Below, in pieces: positions 39,870 through 48,893 of a stretch of 64,000 bases of DNA; within the stretch, counting starts at the first letter, position 1; every line of letters begins with the position of its first letter. The stretch is from Rubripirellula sp. GTDB lineage: Bacteria > Planctomycetota > Planctomycetia > Pirellulales > Pirellulaceae. Made by a program: the position numbers and the translations under genes. Below the pieces are notes generated by a model. The model searched no databases. It was not told where the DNA came from and saw nothing but the letters and a program-made list of their open reading frames with translations. The stretch covers positions 6,880,001 to 6,944,000 of the forward strand of contig OZ244207.1 in the NCBI GenBank assembly GCA_965216875.1, given 5' to 3'.

Positions 39870-41815
39870 TATTCGCTCGCCGATTCGCGTAGCAGGAATG
39901 GTGGACTGGTGACGATCTCGGTCACGATCGTGGAAAAACGATGATCGTTTTCTTCTAGCTTTTTGACGATGTCTTTGACGGTGCATCGGTCATAGGAACG
40001 TAGTCCGCGACCCAATGCGTACGTTAGCAGTTTCTCTGTGAGGCAACGACAAAACGCGTCGCTCTTTTCTTCGGCAAGGATATTCATCAGTTCGGCGGCG
40101 TCGCCAAAGTGACGTCCGCCCGGCAGTTGCCCCGAGGGATCGATGTCAAACCGCCCGTCTTTGTCGCGCCATGCGCCGGTCGCGTCAAAATTCTCGAGCC
40201 CAAAGCCAAGTGTGTCCATTTTTTGGTGACAGACGGCGCAGCTTTGGTTGTCCCGATGTTGCTGCATCCGCTCGCGAAGCGACCCAAAGGTCTCGGCATC
40301 GTCACTGAGTTCGGGGACATCCGGTGGTGGCGGTGGAGGGGCTTCGCCAAGGATGTTGTCCAGAATCCACTTGCCACGTTTCACTGGTGAAGTGCGTGTT
40401 GGATTGGAAGTCAAAAGCAAAATGCTCGCATGTGTCAGCACACCTCGACGACGACCATCAAGCTGGACGCGGTGAAAGTCATCCCCTTTGACATCGTTGA
40501 TGCCATAGTGCTTGGCTAGCCGCGCGTTCACATACGAGTAATCGGCGTTGAGGAAATCGAGCACACTCCGATCTTCACGAATCACCGATTCAAAGAAGAG
40601 CTCGGTTTCGCGACGCATGGATTGACGCAAGTCATTATCAAACGACGCGAATTGTTCGGGGTTTGGGTTGAGCAGTTCGACGTCACGTAGTTGCAGCCAT
40701 TGACCGGCGAAATTCTTGACCAATGCGTCGGCCTTGGGATCGGCCAACATCCGTTTGACTTGACCCTTGATCACCGAGTGGTCTTGCAGTTTGTCTTCAC
40801 GAGCGAGGGAAAAGAGTTCCTCGTCCGGCATACTGCTCCACAAGAAATACGACAGCCGAGTCGCGATCTCGTAGCTGTTGAGCTCACGAACGCGATCTTC
40901 GTCATCGGGTGCCGGGTCGAGTTCGACACGGAAGAGGAATTGTGGTGACGCCAAAACAGCAGTGACTGCTGTCTTGAAAATCTCGTCTTCGGCACTTCCT
41001 TTTTGAAACGCGATCACCATCAAGCGAAACAACCGATCCACTTCGTCGTCGCTCAACGGACGACGATAAGCTCGCTCGGCGAAGGCACGAATGTTCTTTC
41101 GCGCCATTTCGATCTTTTCTTCATCGTTTGATGCTTGATGAATCAAGATGCGGTTACGCGCGGCCTCGTCGGCAAAGGCAGCATCGCTTGCGAGTCGAGC
41201 CGCAGCGACATACTTCTCCAACAGGATCGGCGAGATCGTCAGAACATCGCCCATGTTGTCAAAGCCATTGCCAACATCATCGGTCGGAAAGTCGGCGGCC
41301 AGGTCGAGGTCCAAACCGAGCAGGTCGCGCAACGTGTTGTTGTATTCCACCCGATTGAGTCGCCGGATCGTCACCCGACCAGGATGTTTGGAAGCATCGC
41401 AGTCGAACGCCTCGAGCTGCTGGTCAATTGCCTCGATGCAATCCATCACTTCAGCTTGACTGGGCTGGTCGTAATCGGATGGCGGCATTTGACCTTCGGC
41501 CATCATCCGACGAACGCGTTCCCAAATCGCATAGTCGGTTTGGATCAACGCGGAATCTTCATAACGGTCCAGGTTCAACTTCGCTTCAGCTTCATCGCCG
41601 CTGTGGCAATCGAGGCAGTAGCTGTTGAAAAAGGGAACGATTCGATCGCGGAAGGCCTGCCCCACTTCGGCGGCGGCGGTCTCTTCACCGGCTGTCGTTT
41701 CTTCGGGTTCGGCGGCACGAATGGGGGCAATTGAAAACGATACGACCACCAGAAGGGCCAAGTGCAAGGCCCAGCGGAAGGTCGTGAGGGAAAGGTTGGC
41801 GAGCTGATTTGGCAT
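39869..41815 (-). CDS. DUF1592-type cytochrome c protein, compact form
   Basis: YCLDCH, QMPP, RRLNRVEYNNT, RLSYFLWSSMPD, TSPVKRGKW, CAVCH, LTYALGRG. Confidence 0.95.
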   Translation of the reverse strand: MPNQLANLSLTTFRWALHLALLVVVSFSIAPIRAAEPEETTAGEETAAAEVGQAFRDRIVPFFNSYCLDCHSGDEAEAKLNLDRYEDSALIQTDYAIWERVRRMMAEGQMPPSDYDQPSQAEVMDCIEAIDQQLEAFDCDASKHPGRVTIRRLNRVEYNNTLRDLLGLDLDLAADFPTDDVGNGFDNMGDVLTISPILLEKYVAAARLASDAAFADEAARNRILIHQASNDEEKIEMARKNIRAFAERAYRRPLSDDEVDRLFRLMVIAFQKGSAEDEIFKTAVTAVLASPQFLFRVELDPAPDDEDRVRELNSYEIATRLSYFLWSSMPDEELFSLAREDKLQDHSVIKGQVKRMLADPKADALVKNFAGQWLQLRDVELLNPNPEQFASFDNDLRQSMRRETELFFESVIREDRSVLDFLNADYSYVNARLAKHYGINDVKGDDFHRVQLDGRRRGVLTHASILLLTSNPTRTSPVKRGKWILDNILGEAPPPPPPDVPELSDDAETFGSLRERMQQHRDNQSCAVCHQKMDTLGFGLENFDATGAWRDKDGRFDIDPSGQLPGGRHFGDAAELMNILAEEKSDAFCRCLTEKLLTYALGRGLRSYDRCTVKDIVKKLEENDHRFSTIVTEIVTSPPFLLRESASE

Positions 41816-42082
41816 CAAGATTGAGGATTCCTGGGGAATCACGTCGTGGCAGGTAGGGGCGTGCGTGGTGTGGGCTGCCATGGGGTGCACGGCTGAAACG
41901 TGCTAGGTGGGGATTCAGCCCCTTTATTCTACACGGAACGGCGTATCATGTAGAGATTGGATCTGCCGATCAGAAATGAGGCTCGAAACCGCAAAAAACG
42001 GGCAAATGCGGTCTCTTGCGACGCTGTGTCGGCTGAAACACCCCAAAACCACTCCCTCATCACGACATGCCCGGACCGAGAC

Positions 42083-42853
42083 ATGATTGATCCTAGGCAA
42101 CGGCAGCTCGACGAAGATGGGTTTCTGGTGCTGCCCGATCTGATGTCACCGCGGCTTCTCGAGGAGGTCCGCACGCGGGTGGACGAGCTACTTGATGCCG
42201 AAGGCACTTCCGCAGGAAGCGAGTTCAAGCAGGAAGCCGGTTGTCGGCGACTGGCCAACCTCGTCAACAAGGGCGAAGTCTTTCAACGCATCATCGCGCA
42301 TGAAGCTGTATTGCCACTTGTTCGCTACGTCCTTGGTGATTTCAAGCTAAGCAGTTTGAACGTTCGAAGTGTGCTGCCCCATGGCACGGTCCGCCAGCCC
42401 TTGCACGCGGACATGGCGGCAGTCGCCGATGACCAAGGCTATTGGGTCTGCAATACGCTTTGGATGTTGGATGACTTTACCGACCGCAATGGCCCACTGC
42501 GTGTCGTGCCTGGTTCGCATTTGCTCCGCCAGCTTCCACAGGATGTTTTGGACGACCCGTCGGCAACGCACCCGCGTGAAACACAAGTCACTGGCCGAGC
42601 GGGGACGGTCGTGGTGATGAATGCTCACCTTTGGCACGGTGGGTTAGAAAACACGTCCGATCAACCACGGACTGCCCTGCATGGTTTTTTCTGCCGCTAC
42701 GACAAGCCTCAACAGCAATATCAGAAAGCACTGCTATCGGCGGACGTCAAGGAAAGTCTCACACCCAAGCTTCGCTCGTTGCTGGCACTTGATGATCCTG
42801 TGAACGATCAACTCAGTTCGTCCAATGTGCAGCGCAGCGGGTTTCTTAATTGA
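42083..42853 (+). CDS. Phytanoyl-CoA dioxygenase family (PhyH) Fe(II)/2-oxoglutarate oxygenase
   Basis: DGFLVL, QPLHAD (HxD), LDDFT..NGP.RVVPGSH, LWHGG..N.S..PR. Confidence 0.92.
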   Translation: MIDPRQRQLDEDGFLVLPDLMSPRLLEEVRTRVDELLDAEGTSAGSEFKQEAGCRRLANLVNKGEVFQRIIAHEAVLPLVRYVLGDFKLSSLNVRSVLPHGTVRQPLHADMAAVADDQGYWVCNTLWMLDDFTDRNGPLRVVPGSHLLRQLPQDVLDDPSATHPRETQVTGRAGTVVVMNAHLWHGGLENTSDQPRTALHGFFCRYDKPQQQYQKALLSADVKESLTPKLRSLLALDDPVNDQLSSSNVQRSGFLN

Positions 42854-42962
42854 GCAACGGTGAATTTGGTGGGTCCCCCAAATTGGAGTTGAGCCCCGCC
42901 CCCGAGATTTGTTAGCTGTCGCGTCTTATGTAGTGCGAGGCACATACGAAGACGGGGACACC

Positions 42963-44138
42963 ATGAAACTGACTGCTCTTTTCGCGATCGTTTTGTTCAT
43001 CAACGCAGGGCTGCTTGGAGCGACGAGTGCGCGCTCGGCCGAATGGCCACCGGCGTTCGATCTGCAGCCGACAATTCAATCAAACGATCGACCGATCGGT
43101 TTGGTGGCAGGCTATTTTGATCAAGCCGAGCTTGCCTATCCGGCAACCCAAGCCGTTGACGGAACGACGAACACGTCCAACGTGATTGCGGCCAGTCATC
43201 AAGAGCCAAACCCGACAGACACCCAGAACGCTGCTAGCAGCAACCAGAGCGTTGATAGCAGGAACCAGAGCGTTGATAGCAGGAACCAGAGCGTTGATTA
43301 CGGGAACCGGGGCCTTGATCATGAGGGCCCGGTTGTTGAACAAATCGAGTTTGTTGAACCGGCCGCTGAGCAGATCTACGTGCCTGGCGAACTTCTGGAT
43401 CACTCCAAGAATTCCAAACGCAAACGTTGGTCGAACTTCGAAGTTTCTGGCGACTATCTTTCGCTATGGCGACGCGATTATCGTCTCATTGACATTCGAA
43501 GCGACGCCATAACGGGGTTCCGTGTTCGCGTTGCGGGAGACTTAGCTTTTGCTCCCTACTCTGACCATACGGTCTTCTCTGTCTCGCATGTGGGTTTCGA
43601 AGAAAACCAACAACTACGCGACGGCAGTGTTACGTTCCAGGCCCAAAGCAGCATCGTCAACCTGGATTCCGTCATCTCGAAGTCCCATTCAAGGCCTTTC
43701 GATCTCATCACTGGATTGAGGTACACGCGGCTGGGAAACCGGTTCAACGCGCTGTCGAATTCGGCTGGTGGAGTCGATATCGAATTGACCAACCACCTGT
43801 TCGGCGCACATGTGGGAGGACGGTTTGCGGTTCAATCCACGAAGTCCATTCAAATGACCGGCTACGGTGTGGTTGGCGGCGCGTTCAACGAGATGCGTGG
43901 TGGCATACAAGATTTGGCTAGCAACGCTCAGGTAGCAGGTACGGACTCGGAGTTCAGTCCCTATTGGGACACTGAGTTGGGGATCAAGTATCAAGCCACC
44001 AAGATTCTGCGACTGGGAGTCGGCTTTCGCGCGATGGCCTACTACGAAGCCCCCGACTTGCTGGAGAACTTGGAAGGCGATACTCAGGAACGATGGCTTC
44101 TCGTCGGCCTCAACACGCAGGCGATGCTTCATTTCTAG
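42963..44138 (+). CDS. Putative outer-membrane beta-barrel protein (planctomycete BBP7/Lpg1974-like)
   Basis: Signal peptide, disordered linker, amphipathic strands (GLRYTRL, NHLFGAHVG, ELGIKY, LGVGFRA), C-terminal Phe. Confidence 0.65.
   Translation: MKLTALFAIVLFINAGLLGATSARSAEWPPAFDLQPTIQSNDRPIGLVAGYFDQAELAYPATQAVDGTTNTSNVIAASHQEPNPTDTQNAASSNQSVDSRNQSVDSRNQSVDYGNRGLDHEGPVVEQIEFVEPAAEQIYVPGELLDHSKNSKRKRWSNFEVSGDYLSLWRRDYRLIDIRSDAITGFRVRVAGDLAFAPYSDHTVFSVSHVGFEENQQLRDGSVTFQAQSSIVNLDSVISKSHSRPFDLITGLRYTRLGNRFNALSNSAGGVDIELTNHLFGAHVGGRFAVQSTKSIQMTGYGVVGGAFNEMRGGIQDLASNAQVAGTDSEFSPYWDTELGIKYQATKILRLGVGFRAMAYYEAPDLLENLEGDTQERWLLVGLNTQAMLHF
43242..43319 (+). repeat. In-frame 21-bp tandem repeat (NQSVDSR)
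   Basis: AACCAGAGCGTTGATAGCAGG twice exactly, plus two degenerating copies. Confidence 0.9.
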
Positions 44139-45484
44139 GTCGACCTGAGGCACGGAAACCTCTGACGATCTTGGTCCATCAAGGCGGCCTTCAGCTTGTT
44201 GAACAGGTGCCCGTCAACTTTGGACCGTTCGGCTTCGGTTGGATCGGCATGTAAAAACTTTTCGAGGCGACCACGTTCGGCAATCGAAAGCCGATAGACC
44301 GATTCGGACAGCGACATTGTGTTGAGAAGCCTTTGGACAAAGGTCTCGAATGAGAGATTGAAATGGGTCGCGGTTTCCAGGATCGAACGCGAAAGAATTG
44401 CGCGGGATGCTTGAGGATCGGCTCGTAGGAAACGTCCAAATCGCGGCGAATCGGTCGAGAACATCGCAGCGAGGAAACGGACCAGCAACCGGGCTCGACG
44501 ATTGCGAAGACTGCCTGCTGACAAGCTCGCAGCGATCTGGTCGAAGCAGAGCTTGTCGTAGGCCAAGTCGAGTCGCTCAAGGACGATCGCACATTCCGTC
44601 TCGTCAAATCCGGCACGCTCGATCGCGCCGCGAATCTTGCTGAGCATGAACTCGAATTCATCCTGTTCGTCGACGCCCGACGACGATTCCGACCGCGCAC
44701 AAGCTCCGGGGGCAATGGTTTCGGAAAGGTCCTTTTCGATCGCCTCATGGTAAATCGAAGTCGTCGCTCGCTGGGTACGCGCGACAGCGGCGATCGTGCG
44801 CATCGTCCCTTGAGAAAACTGAGCACGATGATTCGACAAAAAATGAATGACCACCGCATCCGATTCGTCTGGTGTCAGTCGACGACTGAGGCGAAGTGTT
44901 TCCTGGTCGAGCATCCAGAAGATCTGCGGGAGTAAGCGACCAGCAGACAATGGCAAACAGTACTGATCGGCAAGGGCTTGCCCGCGAAGGTTCTTGACCG
45001 ATTCGCGAAGTGTCTTGTCCAAATAGGAGAAAAACTTGACGCGTCGTTCCTTGTCGAACAACAAGATCGCCCTGCCAAGCACATTGCCCAACGCATCAAT
45101 GTCGACTTCAAATCGATCGGCATATTTGTGAAGTAGCGGTTGAAAGCGATAGTAGATTTCCCAAAACGAATCGAGCGCTTGGGACTCGAGCTCGGCATAA
45201 GCCCGTTGTTGGCGTGCGGTGAGTTGTTGGACGCGTGTCGAAAGGAGTGGCGTAAGCTCGGACAGATAATTGAAGAGGACGCCCTGACGCCGGCCGTCGT
45301 CGGCGGGAGTGAATGTGTTTTCTCTCAGGTCGACGCCAAACGAGTTGCGCAAACCAAGTTTGAAGACAAAAATCGCCTCGAGATGACGTTGCAATGTTCC
45401 ACCGTCGAGGTGATCAATCGGGCGATCACCCGCTGCGTTGATGAGGATCGCTTCATCGACGGCGGTAGGGTTGCGTTTCTTCAT
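44135..45484 (-). CDS. Hypothetical protein, divergent sigma70-like (regions 2-4) with C-terminal extension
   Basis: LGRAILLFDKERRVKFFSYL resembles region 2; LSRRLTPDE resembles region 3; FDETECAIVLERL...FDQIAASL...LRNRRARLL resembles region 4. Confidence 0.6.
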   Translation of the reverse strand: MKKRNPTAVDEAILINAAGDRPIDHLDGGTLQRHLEAIFVFKLGLRNSFGVDLRENTFTPADDGRRQGVLFNYLSELTPLLSTRVQQLTARQQRAYAELESQALDSFWEIYYRFQPLLHKYADRFEVDIDALGNVLGRAILLFDKERRVKFFSYLDKTLRESVKNLRGQALADQYCLPLSAGRLLPQIFWMLDQETLRLSRRLTPDESDAVVIHFLSNHRAQFSQGTMRTIAAVARTQRATTSIYHEAIEKDLSETIAPGACARSESSSGVDEQDEFEFMLSKIRGAIERAGFDETECAIVLERLDLAYDKLCFDQIAASLSAGSLRNRRARLLVRFLAAMFSTDSPRFGRFLRADPQASRAILSRSILETATHFNLSFETFVQRLLNTMSLSESVYRLSIAERGRLEKFLHADPTEAERSKVDGHLFNKLKAALMDQDRQRFPCLRST

Positions 45485-45534
45485 TCCATCAAGAAAAGAA
45501 GATGAGGGTGATTCAGGTCCCGGACGGTCGCAGG

Positions 45535-45828
45535 TCAGGAGGTCGCGGCGGGATCTTCAATCCACTTTGCGAAGCATCGATTGCAGAGCGAAATCGTGAC
45601 GTGGCGATGCACTTGATCTTGCGCTTCCTGGGCCGATGTGTTTTGAAACGAATCGGCGAGCTGCTGGTATTCATCACGAAGATGCTGTGGATCCAGATCC
45701 GACCGAATCTCAAGCACGGGCGGCGTCGGGTCTGCCACGGCGTCGATCGTCACTTCGTAAAACTCGCCGTGGCCCTCTGATAGAGTCGATAAGCAGCGGG
45801 CGCACAGGCGAGTGTTGTCGTCGTTCAT
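45535..45828 (-). CDS. Small putative zinc-finger protein
   Basis: CARC at N-terminus and LCNRC near C-terminus; fits between co-oriented genes. Confidence 0.75.
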   Translation of the reverse strand: MNDDNTRLCARCLSTLSEGHGEFYEVTIDAVADPTPPVLEIRSDLDPQHLRDEYQQLADSFQNTSAQEAQDQVHRHVTISLCNRCFAKWIEDPAATS

Positions 45829-45881
45829 GTTGACTCGATGTGGCTGGTGGACATCGCGAAATGTCTCTCTTCTACGACGAT

Positions 45882-46274
45882 TCAGTCACAAAGGTTTAAT
45901 AGGGCCGTCAGGTTATCGACCAAATCTTCGCAAGAGAGCGGCTTGGCGAGCACACTGTCGGGTCTCAAATCGATCGGTTGGCGGTCTTCATCGACTGAAA
46001 ACCAGCCCGAAAGAACGATCACCGGTTTTGCCGGGGTGCGACGCTTGATCGCCGCAGCCAGCTCAAGTCCATCCATTCCCGGCATACTCATGTCTGTAAT
46101 CACCACGTCATGCTGGTCTTCGTCAAAATGAGCCAGACCCGAATCGCCGTCTTCGGCTGTTTCCACTTCCATCCCAAGTGATTTCAGTAGGGCGACCGTT
46201 GAAGAGCGAGCGGCGTGGTTATCGTCCACGTAAAGAATGCGTTTGCCGCGAAGGTGAGTTGCCAACTGTGTCAT
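45882..46274 (-). CDS. Single-domain response regulator (receiver only)
   Basis: RILYVDD, DVVITDMSMPGMDGLEL, PVIVLSG, LAKP. Confidence 0.92.
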   Translation of the reverse strand: MTQLATHLRGKRILYVDDNHAARSSTVALLKSLGMEVETAEDGDSGLAHFDEDQHDVVITDMSMPGMDGLELAAAIKRRTPAKPVIVLSGWFSVDEDRQPIDLRPDSVLAKPLSCEDLVDNLTALLNLCD

Positions 46275-46437
46275 GACATTCTGCCTCAGCCTCGTGAAGA
46301 GATAATGACAGCCAATAGCGGGGTGGATAAGATAAATATTCCCTTTATCGGCTGTGAATGGTGAATTATTCACCCTTATGGGGCGTGTTGCAAGTCTGAA
46401 TGTCTGTTGGGTGGTGCGGCGCCGACCAATGTTACTG

Positions 46438-46660
46438 CTATGGACTTGCGGGCAGACGCGGTCTTGTTGCGGCTAGCCGCGGCGCTGGAGACCGTTTTTT
46501 CACCGTGTTTTCTGGGCCGATTCGAAACGCGACGCTGCTCGTGAAAGTGTGATCAAGAGCACTCAACGGGGACGCGATTGCGTGTTGGTTTCCGTTGCTA
46601 TCGAAGCCCGCTGAGATTTTGAAAGTTTTTGTTGGCCGGTGATTCAGCAAGCCTTGTTTG
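46438..46660. repeat. Possible MITE-like non-coding element
   Basis: Long intergenic stretch starting CTATGGACTTGCGG; near-identical motif at 63101-63114; assignment rests partly on recollection of Pirellulaceae intergenic repeats. Confidence 0.25.
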
Positions 46661-46841
46661 TCGTCCCGCCTTTCGTCGGAAAGGCCTGATGATTCGGGTT
46701 ACAGCTCGGTACGACGAACCAGCGGCTCAAGGAATCATTGCCCCTCTTGAGTCGATGGCGCCCGAGGAACGGGAGCAATGGGGTGATCGACTACAATCGT
46801 CCGCTTCGTTTCAAACACCCTTTGCCTTAATCGAAAACGCG

Positions 46842-48293
46842 ATGTCTTTGCTCCACCACAGCTCACCAAAGACCAGCGTCGTCAAACATTTGGCGTTCAT
46901 GCTGCTGGTTTCGATCCCACTTTCCCCCTTTGCCACTGCGGACCGGCCACCGAGCGTCAAGAACGTGTTGTTCGTCGTTTCGGATGACCTGAAAGCGAGT
47001 GTGCTGGGGTGCTATGGGGACAGACACTGTCAAACGCCAAACATCGATGCGCTCGCCGCTCGGGGTGTGGTGTTTGACCGAGCCTATTGCCAAGGCACTT
47101 GGTGTGCACCGTCGCGGCAATCGTTCATGTTCAGCCGCTACCAGGGTCAAAGCGACATTAACTTGGGGCAGCATTTTCGCGAGAACGGTTGGTACACGGC
47201 GCGCGTCGGCAAGATCTATCACATGCGCGTGCCCGGCGACATTATCGCGGGCACAAATGGCTTGGATGTTGCGTCGAGTTGGACGGAGCGTTTCAACGCG
47301 CCAGGTCCCGAAGCACATACGCCGGGCGATTATGAGTGTTTGAATCTGAATGTGTTCACGACCGACCTCGAGAATCGGCAATCGACACGGATGCCGCATC
47401 GCATGTTCGTATCGGTCAAGGATGCGGGCGACGGTTCAGGCCAAGCCGATTACAAGGCAGCGACCAAGGCCATTGAACTGCTGAGCGAGCATCGTGACGA
47501 ACCCTTCTTTCTTGCCGTCGGGTTCGTGCGGCCACACTACCCAATGGTGGCTCCACATCGTTTTTACGAACCCTACCCTTGGCAACAGATGGACCTTCCA
47601 CGTGCGATCGAAGGGGACGTGGACGACATTCCCAAGCTGGGATTGGCGGGAACACGGTCCAGCAAGAATGCGATCGGAAAGTACCCCGACAACCAAAAAC
47701 GAATGTGGAGTGCCTACTATGCATCCGTGCAATTCATGGATGAACAGGTTGGGCGGATCGTGTCTGAGCTTGATCGGTTGGGATTGCGCGAATCGACCGC
47801 GATCGTGTTCACGAGCGACCATGGTTATCACCTCGGCGAACACGGGTTCTGGCAGAAATCGAATCTGCACGAAGAAGTGCTCCGTGTGCCTCTGATCATT
47901 GATGCCCCTGGTTACGAATCAGGTCGTTCGGATTCGATTGTCGAGTTGATGGACATCTTCCCCACACTCACCGACTTGGCTGGAATCGATCATCCCGAGT
48001 CGGTGCAAGGATCGAGTTTGCGATCGATCCTCGCGGACAATGGGGCGACGGTCAAAGAGGGGGCGCTGTCGTTCAACAAGGGCTTTTCGTGGCGTACGCC
48101 CGATTGGCACTACATGCTTTACAACGATGGAACGCAAGAGTTGTATGACATGCGCGAGGATCCTGAGCAATTCACGAATCTCGCAACCCATTCGTCGCAC
48201 CGCGAGCATGTCGCGCGGCTTGATGATGCATTGAAGCGTCGATTGAAAGAGGTGGGCGTGAAGCTCCAAACCCGAAAGTCGAAAAAGAAATGA
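46842..48293 (+). CDS. Sulfatase (iduronate-2-sulfatase-like), paralogue of 1..727
   Basis: NVLFVVSDDL, CAPSRQS, GKIYH, PFFLAVGFVRPH.P, AYYASV.FMD.QVG, FTSDHGYHLGEH. Confidence 0.95.
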   Translation: MSLLHHSSPKTSVVKHLAFMLLVSIPLSPFATADRPPSVKNVLFVVSDDLKASVLGCYGDRHCQTPNIDALAARGVVFDRAYCQGTWCAPSRQSFMFSRYQGQSDINLGQHFRENGWYTARVGKIYHMRVPGDIIAGTNGLDVASSWTERFNAPGPEAHTPGDYECLNLNVFTTDLENRQSTRMPHRMFVSVKDAGDGSGQADYKAATKAIELLSEHRDEPFFLAVGFVRPHYPMVAPHRFYEPYPWQQMDLPRAIEGDVDDIPKLGLAGTRSSKNAIGKYPDNQKRMWSAYYASVQFMDEQVGRIVSELDRLGLRESTAIVFTSDHGYHLGEHGFWQKSNLHEEVLRVPLIIDAPGYESGRSDSIVELMDIFPTLTDLAGIDHPESVQGSSLRSILADNGATVKEGALSFNKGFSWRTPDWHYMLYNDGTQELYDMREDPEQFTNLATHSSHREHVARLDDALKRRLKEVGVKLQTRKSKKK

Positions 48294-48354
48294 GTTCGAC
48301 GATGAGGTTTGCCGCCCAGACGAACACGCCCGTTGACCGACTTGAGAAAGAACG

Positions 48355-48873
48355 ATGCTCGCAACATTCAAAACCTTGATCGGTAATCAATTCGAAGCAG
48401 CCTATTGCACGCTTGAGCATTGTCGTCGCGAGTGTCCGGCGGAGCTTTGGCAAACGCCTGTTGCGAAGGCCCCTTTTTCCCAGGTCATGTTCCACACGCT
48501 GTTCTTCTGTGATTTCTACCTTGGTGATTCGCCACAAGATTTGCACGAGCAAACCTACCACCGCGATCATTCGGATTGGTTTGGCGACTACGAGCAGTTA
48601 CAGGATCGCATGCCAACATCGGTCTATACCAAAGAGTCGATTGAGGACTATCTGCAACACTGCCGTACAAAGACGGTTCGCCAGCTTGATCGGGAAACGG
48701 CCGCGACGCTTGAAGCAATGTGTCGGTTTCCACGTCGAAAGGTAACGCGAGCAGAGCTGTACGTTTATAACCTGCGACACGTCTATCACCACGCGGCCCA
48801 ACTCTCCCTGCGGCTTCGACTCGATTCGGAGGTTGATGTGCCCTGGGTTGATTCAGGTTGGCAACTCGACTGA
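48355..48873 (+). CDS. DinB-family protein
   Basis: QVMFHTLFFCDFYL and YNLRHVYHHAAQL His motifs, PWV end. Confidence 0.88.
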   Translation: MLATFKTLIGNQFEAAYCTLEHCRRECPAELWQTPVAKAPFSQVMFHTLFFCDFYLGDSPQDLHEQTYHRDHSDWFGDYEQLQDRMPTSVYTKESIEDYLQHCRTKTVRQLDRETAATLEAMCRFPRRKVTRAELYVYNLRHVYHHAAQLSLRLRLDSEVDVPWVDSGWQLD

Positions 48874-48893
48874 AAACCGATCGACGATGCGAA

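Noticed and set aside
43242..43319. Tandem repeat as a CRISPR array
   Set aside because: No unique spacers, lies in frame within a CDS, no cas genes
44135..44138. Convergent genes sharing a CTAG stop overlap as antisense regulation
   Set aside because: 4-nt convergent overlaps are common in compact genomes
46438..46650. 70-aa ORF
   Set aside because: Non-ATG start, no motifs; more likely derived from non-coding or repeat sequence
46629..46841. Long N-terminal extensions in the ORF track (also 1861, 2615, 39986, 41957)
   Set aside because: Signal peptides, domain starts or stop/start overlaps point to downstream start codons
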